Part shown: one piece after another, positions 1-9,912 of the stretch
Numbering within the stretch: the first letter of the stretch is position 1
Layout of the letters: each line of letters begins with the position of its first letter
Origin: Clostridia bacterium
GTDB lineage: Bacteria; Bacillota; Clostridia; Christensenellales; UBA1242
Assembly: GCA_036654655.1 (NCBI GenBank)
Contig: JAVVRP010000002.1
Span: forward strand, 51,841-115,840
Length of the DNA: 64,000 bases
Direction: 5' to 3'
Translations under genes and position numbers: made by a program
The notes under the pieces: generated by a model
What the model was told of the DNA's origin: nothing
Databases searched by the model: none
Seen by the model: the letters and a program-made list of their open reading frames with translations, nothing else

Positions 1-2
1 CA

Positions 3-3000
3 ACAATGTTAAAAAATGTAACTGTAAACGTGCATTATCTTTCCACACTGGCACTTGATACTTCAAAAATCAAGGATATCAAAGTTGCAGGGCTTGCAAT
101 AACAAACAACGGAATAATAACAAATTGTCAAGTTGTTTCTTATGCAACAAGCAAAATTAATAATATCTTTTTATCAGATCCAGGAATAAAAGTGAGTTAC
201 TCTTCAAATGATATAAAAAGTGAAACTGCGGGGTTTGTTCACACAAACAACAAAAACATAACAAACAGCAGAGTTGGTGGAAAAGATTTAACAATAATAG
301 AAAACAAAAACGAAATTGGTTCAAAAATTACTCAGTCAGCCTTTAAAATTAGTGCAAACGGAGACATGGCTGGATTTGTTTACGCAAACACAGGCACAAT
401 TTCTTCAAGCGGATTTGATGGTGGCTCCTTAATTAACAACGACACAAATTCTATAACAAGCAAAACAAGTGGATTTTGTGTTTTAAACAGTGGAAAAGTT
501 ACAACATCATATGCACAAGGATTGCATGCAAACATTTTGGAATTGCACGCAACTCTTTGTCAAATTTCGTCAAATGGCTTTGTTAGCGGATTTGTGTTTG
601 AAAATAAAAGTAGCATACAAGATTGTTATTCAAACATAAAACTTACATCTCCATCACAGCAAGTTGGAAAAAGTGGTGCAGGATTTGTGCTTAAAAATTC
701 AGCAGATGGAATTATTCAAAGAAGTTTTTCCGCTTCGCTAATTTCAGGAAGAAAAACAACTCAAATGAATTTTTGTGGTGTTAATGAAACAACAGGTTTT
801 ACAAACAATTTTGGAATAATAGAAAATTCGTATTTTTATGATATAAACTCGCAAGCACTAAACAACACAACACAAAATGACGGAAGCATTGAATTAGAAT
901 TTAATTCGGGCGTTTGTATGATTGATGAAGGCACCGAACTTCAAAAAGAGTCATATTATGGGTTATCTTTCACAAATTTTAAAAATGAAACTAGTGGCAT
1001 ATGGCAAATGACAGATCAAGGCCCACAACTTGTTGCAAAAAATGTGGAAACAATTTCTCATCGAACAGAAACATCCACAAGCACCACAGATAAGCCTGCA
1101 TTTGATTATAACATTAATTATGAATATGGAACAAAACACAACCCAATAATAATTAGCAGTGCAACAGAATTTAATCAGGCTTTTGGAACTTCCAACAGAA
1201 GCGTAATAAAACAATATTATATGCAAGGTGAAAAGCCAACTGGTTTTGCATGCGGTTATTACAGGTTAGTTGCAGATATTGATTTTTCGCAAACACAAAA
1301 TATTGGACAAGTTAATGTTTCATCATCAAATCTTTCACTTTCTGGGGTTTTGGATGGAAACGCATTTACCATTTCAAATTTTAGTTTAAGTGCAAGTGAA
1401 AAAAACATAAATAGTTATGGTTTGTTTCAATCTATTGATGGCACGCAAAAAACAGACAAGTCAGGCGGTAAAATATTTAATTTAAACATAAAAATTGGAA
1501 GACGTGACCCAAATATTGGAACGGGTGTTCTTTCTGGAATAACGGCTGGAAGTGTTAAATATGTTGGTGCTTTGGCAGGAAAATTGATTTCAGGATTAAT
1601 TTCAAACATAAATGTTTCTAGCATACAAAACGATGTTCCTGTTGAAATAATGGGAAAAAATGTTGTTGGCGGAGTTGTTGGAGTTGTTCAGGGCACTTCG
1701 TTTGCAAACAACATTTCATCAACAAACATAAATGTTAAAACAACTTATTCTTTGCCAAGCAACTTTTCAACGGGCGGAGTGTTTTTTGAACGTAAAGATA
1801 AAGAGTTTGAAGAAACAAATGCAACTATTTCCATTGCTGGTGGGGTTTTTGGTGTTGTGGATAGATACGAAGATATAACAGATTACAACGCATACGCCGA
1901 TGAAAAAACAATTGGAGACATAATTTACGGTCTAAAAACATTTGGACTTAGCAGTGTAAGGGCAGGCGTTGTTGGCGGTGTTGTTGGATTTATAAGTTCA
2001 AACACAATAATTAATGATGCGTGTTTTAGTGCAAGTTTAATTGCAACAAAAGAGGGTGCGTATTCACAAAAATTAACAGCATCCACAAATGGATTTGCAG
2101 GTGGTATTGCAGGCATATGTGAAGGTGTGTTAATTCAAGTAAGAAGTGAACATTGTACGATTTTGCAAACAAAAATAGAAAACAAAATTTCACAAATTAA
2201 TGATGGAACAAATGTGGAACGTGGCAATTTAACCTTGTTTGGATCCACCGATCAAGAACCGCAGTCACCAAAAGCAATTGGTGGGCTTGTTGGGTTTGCA
2301 AATGGTGCAAAAATATTTAGATCTTATTCAAAACTTAATGTTGTTAATGGTAGTGCAAAATATGCAGGCGGAATTATTGGCGAGGCAAATTCACAAGCAC
2401 AGCAAGTTTTTTTAAATGAAGTGTATTTTTTTGGAGATGTGCTTTGCGGTCCAACAATAAACGCCCAAAAACAAAAAACAGGGAATATGGCAGGAGGAAT
2501 AATTGGTTTTGGCAATGGAAGTTTTAATTTTAATAAAGTGAATTCATTTGCATATTTTGGAAGCATAAACAGTGTTAACCAATCTTTATATATTATTGAA
2601 GATGGCAACATTGCAACCAATTTGCATGCATTAATTGGCATGGAAAATATTACTTTTACATATTTAGGTGGGTCAAAAGAAAGTATATTTGCAATAAAAG
2701 AATTTAACATTGCAAGCAAAACAATTAACCTGTCTAATATGCTTGTTGCAGAAGTAAAAGACATTCCAAACATAAAAATTTTGGCAAAAGATTACAACAA
2801 TTTTAAAGTATATTTTGAACACGTTGATTGGTCATTAGATTATTGGAAAAGAAACAACCAAAACTTTTTTATGGACATAAATTTTAGGCTTTACAGCGGT
2901 GTTATTTTAATTGAAAAAATGGCAGATGTAAGGCTTTTAAATCAGTTTCCAAATGGAAATTTTGTTGTAACAAATTTAATTGACATGCAAGGTTTTTCAA

Positions 3001-6000
3001 ACCCTAAATTTTCTGTGGACACATTTAACGGATCAATAAGAGGGAAAAATGCCGAATGTGGATTTATTAACTTTAAATTAAACAATCCAATTTTTAGAAA
3101 GATGGACGGCGCAACAATTCAAAACTTAACTTTTTCTATGAATGGAGAAATAGCCCTTAAAACGCCGGCTTATCTTGTTGAAAGTGCGTCAGATTGCACT
3201 TTTAGAAATTTAAAATTTGAAAAAATTAAAATAACTTCAAAAAATGAAGAAAATTTATCAATAATGGTGCAACAAGTTATTGGCGGAACTGTAAATTTTG
3301 TAAACATAAATTTTGTGGGCTGTTCAATAACCAGCGAAAACCCAAATTATTTAACAAATGCTGGATTTATTTTTGCATGCACAAAGTCTTTAAATAATAA
3401 TATTGGTTCCAAAGAAATAAACATAACTTATCCTAAAATTTGCAAAGATTCGTATATCAAAATTAATGGTGAAACAAATAACGATGGAATAACACAGACC
3501 CCAACATATTGCGTTGGCATGATTTATGGAACATCAGAATTTAAAACTGACATAACGGGCGGTGAAAACGCAATAGTTAATGGAAACATAAGTGTTAAAG
3601 GAAATGCTAAAACTAATTCGGTTATTGCCGGCGGACTTTTTGGAAGGCAACAAACCACAAAAGTAACAGTTAAAGCATTAAATGTAAATGTTAAATTAAA
3701 CATAAGTGATAGCATTGAAACGGCAAATATTGGTGGAGTTGCAGGTGAAACGGCAAATTTGGATTTTGATAGTCTAGGAACAGTTTTTGGCGAAACAAGT
3801 GAGGCAACTGCAACAAATTTAAACATGGGCGGAATTGTTGGAAAAATTAATGGTGACAGTACTTTTAAAAATGTAAATTCAAGACATAATATAATTGCAA
3901 AAGTAAAAGGTGGTTCCAACATGGGCGGAATTGTTGGGTGCTCAAACTTAACAAAATTAACTTTGGACACAGTGTTTGTTGATGGAAACATAACAGTTAA
4001 AACGGAACAACCAACAAATGAAATTTGTGTCAACATCGGTGGGCTTGTTGGAATTGTTGATGTTTTAACTGCAACAAATGCCACGTGGGGAGGTCAAATA
4101 TTAATTGGTGGAAAAGATAATGAAAAACCACGTGTTTCACTAAACGCAGGTGGAATTGTTGGAAAAGTTAATGTTGAAAGTGCGTTAACAAATATCCTTG
4201 CATATGGTGACATAAAAAACAGTACAACAGTAAGTAAAAATGAATTAGTTGCCGAGGTTTTGCATAAAGCACTAAACATTGGTGGACTAGTTGCCGACGC
4301 AACAGACAAAACGGTAAAAGTAACAGGTAAAAATTTTGTTCTTGTAACAATAGAAAACAAAACTGGAACATATAATTCGGAAGAAAGTTCTATTTCTGCC
4401 ACTGTTGCAAAGGGCAATGTAAAAATTGATACTGCAAGTGGGTTATATTTTTGTTCTAAATTAAACCTTGCACCAAGTTCTTATGGAGAGAGTTTAGGCT
4501 ATCAAGAAATAGTTAAAGACCTTGAATTTACAATTAAAAATATACTCTCGCAAGTTTTAGATAAATGCACAGAAACAGAAAAACAACAAAATAAATTGCC
4601 CGAGGGACATAAATTAAACCCTAAAATATATGATAGCGAAAATTTAATAACAAATGAATCATTTAAAAATGGCACAGACACAGATAAAAGTATTGCTCGC
4701 AAATATCATATTGTTAATAACGATGCAAAGTTAAATAACAACAATGTTAACAATTGTTTCATTGTGGGTGAAATTTTGACAACTGATCAAAAAGGAAAAA
4801 CAATTCAAGATGGTGCAACAATAATCTGTGACAATCAATCAACCCCATTTGAAAAAATAAATGAACAAAGTGTTTTAAGTGGCATTGCAATAAAATATGA
4901 TAACAAGTATGCGTATAGTTTTAACATTTCAAGCGGATTTGCAACGCAAAACGATGGCATAATTTATGCTTGCAATGTTTACTCAGGCAGTGCAATAAAT
5001 CAAGAATCAATTAGCATTGCGCAATCTGACAAAACATGCAGAATTGCAGGAAAAACGGACGACACACAAACTCCTATTGGTGGATTTGTTTCAAGAAATC
5101 TTGGGTTTATTTATCAATCATTTTCATCAATTAACATTATTTTAAGAAATAAAAACACAGCAAACGCAGGTGCATTTGCTGGTGAAAACACAGGTATTAT
5201 AGAGAGTTGTTATTCAACTGGCGCAGTTGAAAGCACTGGCATTCACAATGCGTTTGCTGATGGCAAAACAAAACTTTGTTACTCTGTTTCACCAGTTAAT
5301 TTTGCAGGCACGGCAAGTGTGTTTGGAAAAGAAGCGATAAGTTGTTTTTATGACCAAGTTGCTGTTCAAACAGGTTCATCATTAACCGAAAATGCGCTTA
5401 AAAATTTTGGTGATTTTTCTGTTAATTATAATGGTGGACAACCAACAACAACAGTTGAAAGCAGTTATATCCCAAATATGGCGCAAAATAAACATTTAAA
5501 TTACGGATATCCATATTTTAATGCACTTGGAAATTATATGCAAATAAAAACAGATGATACCATCAATTACCAAACATTTTTTCAAATTCCAAATCTTTCA
5601 AAATTTGCACAAGTGGAAAAAAGTGCATCTTTAAATTTCAGTCTGGTTTCAAATCTTTGTGGCAAAAATTGCACGTGGACATCAATCAATATTTTTTCGG
5701 GGACTCTTTTTGGCAATAACAAAACTTTAAGTAATTTTACGCTTGGAAGCGGAATATTTGCCACCATTGAGGGTAAGGGTAAAGTAACTAATTTAAAAAT
5801 TTTTAACACTGTTTTAAACATTGCCCCAAAAACAGACTTTTATCCGGTGGGACTGCTTGTGGATTCACTTTTTGGCGAGGTTAACAATATTGAAGTTTCA
5901 AATATTTTAATAAGCAACCATAAAGATAACGCAAATTTAATTTGTGTTGGGGGAGTTGCTGGCACTGTTACGGGAACGGTTAAAAATTGTTACGGGACAA

Positions 6001-9000
6001 CAAATTCTCCCGCATTTACATATAACAAAAGCACTGTAAAAGGAATCCAATTTGATGCAACCACCGACTCCAATGTAGTTGAAATTAAAGTAGGTGGAAT
6101 TGTTGGAGTGGCAAATGGTTCAATTTCTGAATGTTATAACAAGCAAGACATTTTTGTTAAAGGCAACACCAAAACATCTGCTGGTGGAATCGCTGGTGGT
6201 GGAAATTATGAACATAATGAGGGTAAGGGTTTAACAATTAACAGTTGCTTTAATGATGGCAAAGTTGTTGCAGTTTGCAATTCTGCTGCTTCTGTAAATG
6301 CACTTAGTTTAGAAGAAGAAAAAAATTTAATAAAAGCAACAGGTTCAACGGGAATAGAGGCAATACTAAAAGTTGCTTATGCTTCAGGAATTATTGCAAT
6401 AGGCGGAGTTGTTGAAAATTGTTACAACACGGGCACAATAATTGCCGATTCAAAACTTACAAAGGTTGGTGAACCAATAGAAAATAAATTACCGCTATTT
6501 ACTACAATATATTATCAAAAATATTATAAATTTGCAGTTGCATCAGGAATTGCAAACTCGGCATTAATTAAAAACAGCCAAAACATAAATTCAGTTAAAG
6601 ATAGATATGATTTAATTGGAAACAAAATGGAAGGCAATGTTTTGGGTGGGTATGCTATTCAAAAGCCAATTAAAATTAGCAAGTATGGCGATTTGTTTTA
6701 TAATGTTGAACCAGAGCATTATCAACCAATGAGATGTATTGAGTTAACTTTAAATGAAGAAAACAACACATGGAAAGGTTCGTGGGAACAAAAAGCGCTT
6801 CTTAAATGGGGGCCATTTGATATGTGGTGGAAAAATGAAGGCGAACTTACTTATTATGATATGTACGGAGGAGATGACAGATTAATTAACGCATTATATA
6901 AACAACCTAGCCCTAAACCTGGGCAGAAAGTTATATATGGTTTTTATATAGGTAATTTTAATAACAACGATTTTTCACAATCAGCAGGCGGAATTTTTTA
7001 CAACAGCATTGGATTTAATGTAGTAGGACCAATACAGTCGTCTACGACTACTGACAGCACATCGACTACTGGCAGCACATCGACTACTGACAGCACACCA
7101 AATGCTGAAACGTTAATGACTACCGGCAGCACACTAAATGCTGCAACGTTAAGGGACATTGTTGTTGAAGAAGCGTATGATAAAGAAAATAACAAAAATT
7201 TTGTTAAAGATTATTATTTAAATAAAAATAAATTTAATAAGAGCGATATGGGACCTATTGAAACAAGTTTTAAGCAAACATTTAACCAATATGATAAAGA
7301 CCTATCAACAAAACCAACTGAGTTTGAATGGTACAAAAATATCAATCCTGTTTCCAAGTATTTTGAAGTTAATGGTAGCACAGACCGTGTTAAAATAAAT
7401 TCATTAGAAGATTTAAACCTGTGGCAAAAAATTTCAAATAATCTTAATGAAACGACAAAATTAAATGTTTTTGGTGAGATACCGCCATACACACAAACCA
7501 TGAAAAATTCAGAAATACTTTCTAAGAATTTTGAAATAACCAAAGACATAATTTGCAGAGATGGTTGGACTCCGATAAATGAATTAAAAAGCCATTTATA
7601 TGGCAACAATAACACAATTTCAGGGCTTTCAGTCCCATTGTTTAAAAAAATAAATGGAAATAATGCTGGCGTTTCTGATTTAATTATAAAAAACAGTGAT
7701 ATTAGTGAAACAGCGGATATAACAGCGGATACAAATGTTGGTATGCTTGCTAATTCAGCAGAAAACGCAACGATAGAAAATGTGCAAGTTAATGGAAAAA
7801 TAAATGTGAAATTATCAGAAAACATTAACGCTGGTGGAATTGTTGGCACTGCAACAAACATTAACGCTGGTGGAATTGTTGGCACTGCAACAAAAACAAA
7901 GATAACAGATTGCTCATTTAAACAAAGCGAAAGTGAATTTTCAAACATAATTGTGGATGGTGCAGTTTGTAATGTTGGCGGAATTGTTGGCACATTAACA
8001 GACAGCACAATAAGTGGGTGCCAAAACAGTGCAAACACAAACATATTTGCATATGGCACAAGCGGGGTTAACGCTGGCGGAATTGTTGGCAGTTTATCTT
8101 CGAGCACTGTTGGAGGAAATTTTGCAAACAATGCAACAATAGTTGCTGTTGGTGGTGGTGAAACTAAAAGCGCAGGCATTTTTGCAGATATTAAAGTTGC
8201 GTCACAATTTAGTGGCACAAGTAAAAACAACGGAAAAGTTTTTGCTCAAACAACAAGCAAAACTTCAAATGCAAGTGCATTTGGAATTGCTTGTGATAAA
8301 ATAACAGGAAACAGTGCAACAAGTTCCTCAAATGCAAAAGTTGTTGCAGGTGTTAAAAGTCCAATGATTTTAACAGACTGGCTTGCAAGCGTGCAATTAA
8401 CAACGCTTAACAATTTGTTAAGTAAAGATTATGCAAAAATTTTGCTTGCTCCACCTGCAAAAGCAGTTGCTTATTTAACATGTAACAATGGCCCAAAAAC
8501 TGATGGCAGTGTGGATGCAAATTCAACAATGCAAACACAAGAAAGTACATTAACAACTTTAACATTGGAAAATGGAATAGAAAGTTTGAATGAATCAAAT
8601 TTTACACCAACTTTTAACGGCTATGTTTATTCACAAAACTTTGCACAAATTTTTGAATATAACAAGCAAAAATATATGGAAAATCAAGAAATAAATGGCG
8701 ATAAAAAAATTGAGAACAGGCGTGCTACTTTGGTGTTTTCAACCAGACAAATTAAACAAAATGAAAGTTCTTATATTATGGAATGTGCAGATGAGCATTT
8801 TGCATTGTTAATAGAAGATGGAGTTCTTATCTTGCAAAAAATTGGAGTTGTTTCTTACAACATAACAACATCCACTAAAACACCCGCTGAACTTGAAGGC
8901 TTAAAAAGTACTGCAAAGCCTAATGATCAGTTTAATGTTGACAGCACAAATTTTCAAAATGTAAATTACACTTTAAATGATAAAAAAATTGAAGCAAACC

Positions 9001-9806
9001 TTAAAGATGCAACAGAATTAAACCCACTTAAAATCAGTTTAAAAATGTTTCTTATTAAGCAAAAATTATTTGCAGATGTTTTTGGAGAATCAAACACGCT
9101 AGTTTTGTATAATAAAACTGACACAAATAACCAACAAAATTTAATTGTTAAACTGGAAAAAACAGAGAATAAACTTGAAATCCCAAAAGAAGTAGTAGGA
9201 GATATTGCAAACGTTCAAGTGGGTAATTTGTATACGTACATGGTGAATGGAGTAGAAACATCATTTAACATGCTTCAAACAGACAAAGGAAACCTTGTTA
9301 AATCTGTTGAATATAATGATGAAAAAATAACGCAAGGTGATGAAAATTACCGAAAAATTACTAAAACAACTGCCACTTATGATAGCGCCACAGGCGAAAT
9401 TATTTCAACAGTAGTAGAAATAAAATATGGCAAAATGGGAGGTGCTTCATACAAGGAAACAAAATCGGATAAATTAAGCATAACAACAGTTGATCTTTTT
9501 GAAACCGGACTTAATTATGATAATGGTGAAATAACAAACACGGCTAATGAAAAAAACATAAAATATACATACAAAACAACATTTTACACAATTAAGGTTA
9601 GTTATGAAAAAGATAGTTCTGCAACAACGCCTACTTGGAATTTTACGGAAGAAGTTTATTTTGACAATGGGGCAATTGCAAGAGTAACTTACACAACAAT
9701 AGAGAATAAAGAAGAACCATCGTTATATAGTGGAGTGCGTGATTTATGGTTTAGGCCACCAAATACGTATGCCCAAAATATAAATTTTACATTGTTACAA
9801 GTTTGA
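3..9806 (+). CDS. Giant GLUG-repeat surface/adhesin-like protein, 5'-truncated by the window edge (more than 3,266 aa visible)
   Basis: The frame is open from the window edge (phase of nt 3) to TGA at 9804-9806. It holds dozens of reiterated x-G-G-(I/L/V/F)-(V/A/F)-G-x-x-N-G units, for example NMGGIVGKING, NMGGIVGCSN, NIGGLVGIVD and NAGGIVGKVN at nt ~3700-4200. These are GLUG-motif-type repeats. Four module heads occur at nt ~1135, ~2900, ~5575 and ~7390; an example is NPIIISSATEF...YYRLVADIDF...LDGNAFTISNF. A Ser/Thr-rich linker lies at 7040-7155. The N-terminus is outside the window. Confidence 0.8.
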   Translation, partial: TMLKNVTVNVHYLSTLALDTSKIKDIKVAGLAITNNGIITNCQVVSYATSKINNIFLSDPGIKVSYSSNDIKSETAGFVHTNNKNITNSRVGGKDLTIIENKNEIGSKITQSAFKISANGDMAGFVYANTGTISSSGFDGGSLINNDTNSITSKTSGFCVLNSGKVTTSYAQGLHANILELHATLCQISSNGFVSGFVFENKSSIQDCYSNIKLTSPSQQVGKSGAGFVLKNSADGIIQRSFSASLISGRKTTQMNFCGVNETTGFTNNFGIIENSYFYDINSQALNNTTQNDGSIELEFNSGVCMIDEGTELQKESYYGLSFTNFKNETSGIWQMTDQGPQLVAKNVETISHRTETSTSTTDKPAFDYNINYEYGTKHNPIIISSATEFNQAFGTSNRSVIKQYYMQGEKPTGFACGYYRLVADIDFSQTQNIGQVNVSSSNLSLSGVLDGNAFTISNFSLSASEKNINSYGLFQSIDGTQKTDKSGGKIFNLNIKIGRRDPNIGTGVLSGITAGSVKYVGALAGKLISGLISNINVSSIQNDVPVEIMGKNVVGGVVGVVQGTSFANNISSTNINVKTTYSLPSNFSTGGVFFERKDKEFEETNATISIAGGVFGVVDRYEDITDYNAYADEKTIGDIIYGLKTFGLSSVRAGVVGGVVGFISSNTIINDACFSASLIATKEGAYSQKLTASTNGFAGGIAGICEGVLIQVRSEHCTILQTKIENKISQINDGTNVERGNLTLFGSTDQEPQSPKAIGGLVGFANGAKIFRSYSKLNVVNGSAKYAGGIIGEANSQAQQVFLNEVYFFGDVLCGPTINAQKQKTGNMAGGIIGFGNGSFNFNKVNSFAYFGSINSVNQSLYIIEDGNIATNLHALIGMENITFTYLGGSKESIFAIKEFNIASKTINLSNMLVAEVKDIPNIKILAKDYNNFKVYFEHVDWSLDYWKRNNQNFFMDINFRLYSGVILIEKMADVRLLNQFPNGNFVVTNLIDMQGFSNPKFSVDTFNGSIRGKNAECGFINFKLNNPIFRKMDGATIQNLTFSMNGEIALKTPAYLVESASDCTFRNLKFEKIKITSKNEENLSIMVQQVIGGTVNFVNINFVGCSITSENPNYLTNAGFIFACTKSLNNNIGSKEINITYPKICKDSYIKINGETNNDGITQTPTYCVGMIYGTSEFKTDITGGENAIVNGNISVKGNAKTNSVIAGGLFGRQQTTKVTVKALNVNVKLNISDSIETANIGGVAGETANLDFDSLGTVFGETSEATATNLNMGGIVGKINGDSTFKNVNSRHNIIAKVKGGSNMGGIVGCSNLTKLTLDTVFVDGNITVKTEQPTNEICVNIGGLVGIVDVLTATNATWGGQILIGGKDNEKPRVSLNAGGIVGKVNVESALTNILAYGDIKNSTTVSKNELVAEVLHKALNIGGLVADATDKTVKVTGKNFVLVTIENKTGTYNSEESSISATVAKGNVKIDTASGLYFCSKLNLAPSSYGESLGYQEIVKDLEFTIKNILSQVLDKCTETEKQQNKLPEGHKLNPKIYDSENLITNESFKNGTDTDKSIARKYHIVNNDAKLNNNNVNNCFIVGEILTTDQKGKTIQDGATIICDNQSTPFEKINEQSVLSGIAIKYDNKYAYSFNISSGFATQNDGIIYACNVYSGSAINQESISIAQSDKTCRIAGKTDDTQTPIGGFVSRNLGFIYQSFSSINIILRNKNTANAGAFAGENTGIIESCYSTGAVESTGIHNAFADGKTKLCYSVSPVNFAGTASVFGKEAISCFYDQVAVQTGSSLTENALKNFGDFSVNYNGGQPTTTVESSYIPNMAQNKHLNYGYPYFNALGNYMQIKTDDTINYQTFFQIPNLSKFAQVEKSASLNFSLVSNLCGKNCTWTSINIFSGTLFGNNKTLSNFTLGSGIFATIEGKGKVTNLKIFNTVLNIAPKTDFYPVGLLVDSLFGEVNNIEVSNILISNHKDNANLICVGGVAGTVTGTVKNCYGTTNSPAFTYNKSTVKGIQFDATTDSNVVEIKVGGIVGVANGSISECYNKQDIFVKGNTKTSAGGIAGGGNYEHNEGKGLTINSCFNDGKVVAVCNSAASVNALSLEEEKNLIKATGSTGIEAILKVAYASGIIAIGGVVENCYNTGTIIADSKLTKVGEPIENKLPLFTTIYYQKYYKFAVASGIANSALIKNSQNINSVKDRYDLIGNKMEGNVLGGYAIQKPIKISKYGDLFYNVEPEHYQPMRCIELTLNEENNTWKGSWEQKALLKWGPFDMWWKNEGELTYYDMYGGDDRLINALYKQPSPKPGQKVIYGFYIGNFNNNDFSQSAGGIFYNSIGFNVVGPIQSSTTTDSTSTTGSTSTTDSTPNAETLMTTGSTLNAATLRDIVVEEAYDKENNKNFVKDYYLNKNKFNKSDMGPIETSFKQTFNQYDKDLSTKPTEFEWYKNINPVSKYFEVNGSTDRVKINSLEDLNLWQKISNNLNETTKLNVFGEIPPYTQTMKNSEILSKNFEITKDIICRDGWTPINELKSHLYGNNNTISGLSVPLFKKINGNNAGVSDLIIKNSDISETADITADTNVGMLANSAENATIENVQVNGKINVKLSENINAGGIVGTATNINAGGIVGTATKTKITDCSFKQSESEFSNIIVDGAVCNVGGIVGTLTDSTISGCQNSANTNIFAYGTSGVNAGGIVGSLSSSTVGGNFANNATIVAVGGGETKSAGIFADIKVASQFSGTSKNNGKVFAQTTSKTSNASAFGIACDKITGNSATSSSNAKVVAGVKSPMILTDWLASVQLTTLNNLLSKDYAKILLAPPAKAVAYLTCNNGPKTDGSVDANSTMQTQESTLTTLTLENGIESLNESNFTPTFNGYVYSQNFAQIFEYNKQKYMENQEINGDKKIENRRATLVFSTRQIKQNESSYIMECADEHFALLIEDGVLILQKIGVVSYNITTSTKTPAELEGLKSTAKPNDQFNVDSTNFQNVNYTLNDKKIEANLKDATELNPLKISLKMFLIKQKLFADVFGESNTLVLYNKTDTNNQQNLIVKLEKTENKLEIPKEVVGDIANVQVGNLYTYMVNGVETSFNMLQTDKGNLVKSVEYNDEKITQGDENYRKITKTTATYDSATGEIISTVVEIKYGKMGGASYKETKSDKLSITTVDLFETGLNYDNGEITNTANEKNIKYTYKTTFYTIKVSYEKDSSATTPTWNFTEEVYFDNGAIARVTYTTIENKEEPSLYSGVRDLWFRPPNTYAQNINFTLLQV
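7040..7155 (+). repeat. Short in-frame tandem repeats encoding a Ser/Thr-rich linker (STTTDSTSTTGSTSTTDSTPNAETLMTTGSTLNAATL)
   Basis: An 18-bp unit, gactactg(a/g)cagcaca(t/c)c, is repeated about 3 times from ~7045 to ~7098. After it, cagcacac(c/t)aaatgctg(a/c)aacgttaa occurs twice with 36-bp spacing (7091 and 7127). Confidence 0.75.
7822..7893 (+). repeat. Perfect 36-bp in-frame tandem duplication (2 copies) of one GLUG unit
   Basis: acattaacgctggtggaattgttggcactgcaacaa occurs at 7822-7857 and again at 7858-7893. This gives INAGGIVGTATN followed by INAGGIVGTATK. Confidence 0.9.
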
Positions 9807-9912
9807 CAAAAACATGTTATTTTTTGTTAAAAAACAAAAATAATTTAAAAAAAATAAAAAAACATGCAATAATTTTTAGGAAAAAAGTTTAAAATGAGGT
9901 ATAATAACATAA

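Noticed and set aside
7214-8230. A 338-aa minus-strand ORF, with similar ones at 3524-4084, 4094-4417, 2324-2773, 13443-13757 and 18813-19085, rich in PTIPPA/PTIPPM motifs
   Set aside because: These are antisense shadows of the giant genes. PTIPP is simply the reverse-complement reading of the GGIVG codons (ggtggaattgttgg). They have no RBS or independent signal and lie entirely inside far longer sense ORFs.
9807-9912. A terminator between the two giant genes (acaaaaa-catgtta-tttttgt)
   Set aside because: The 7-bp stem is almost entirely A-T and has no following U-tract, so it is too weak to call. The genes may be co-transcribed or separately driven by the TATAAT at ~9899-9904, and this cannot be decided from sequence.
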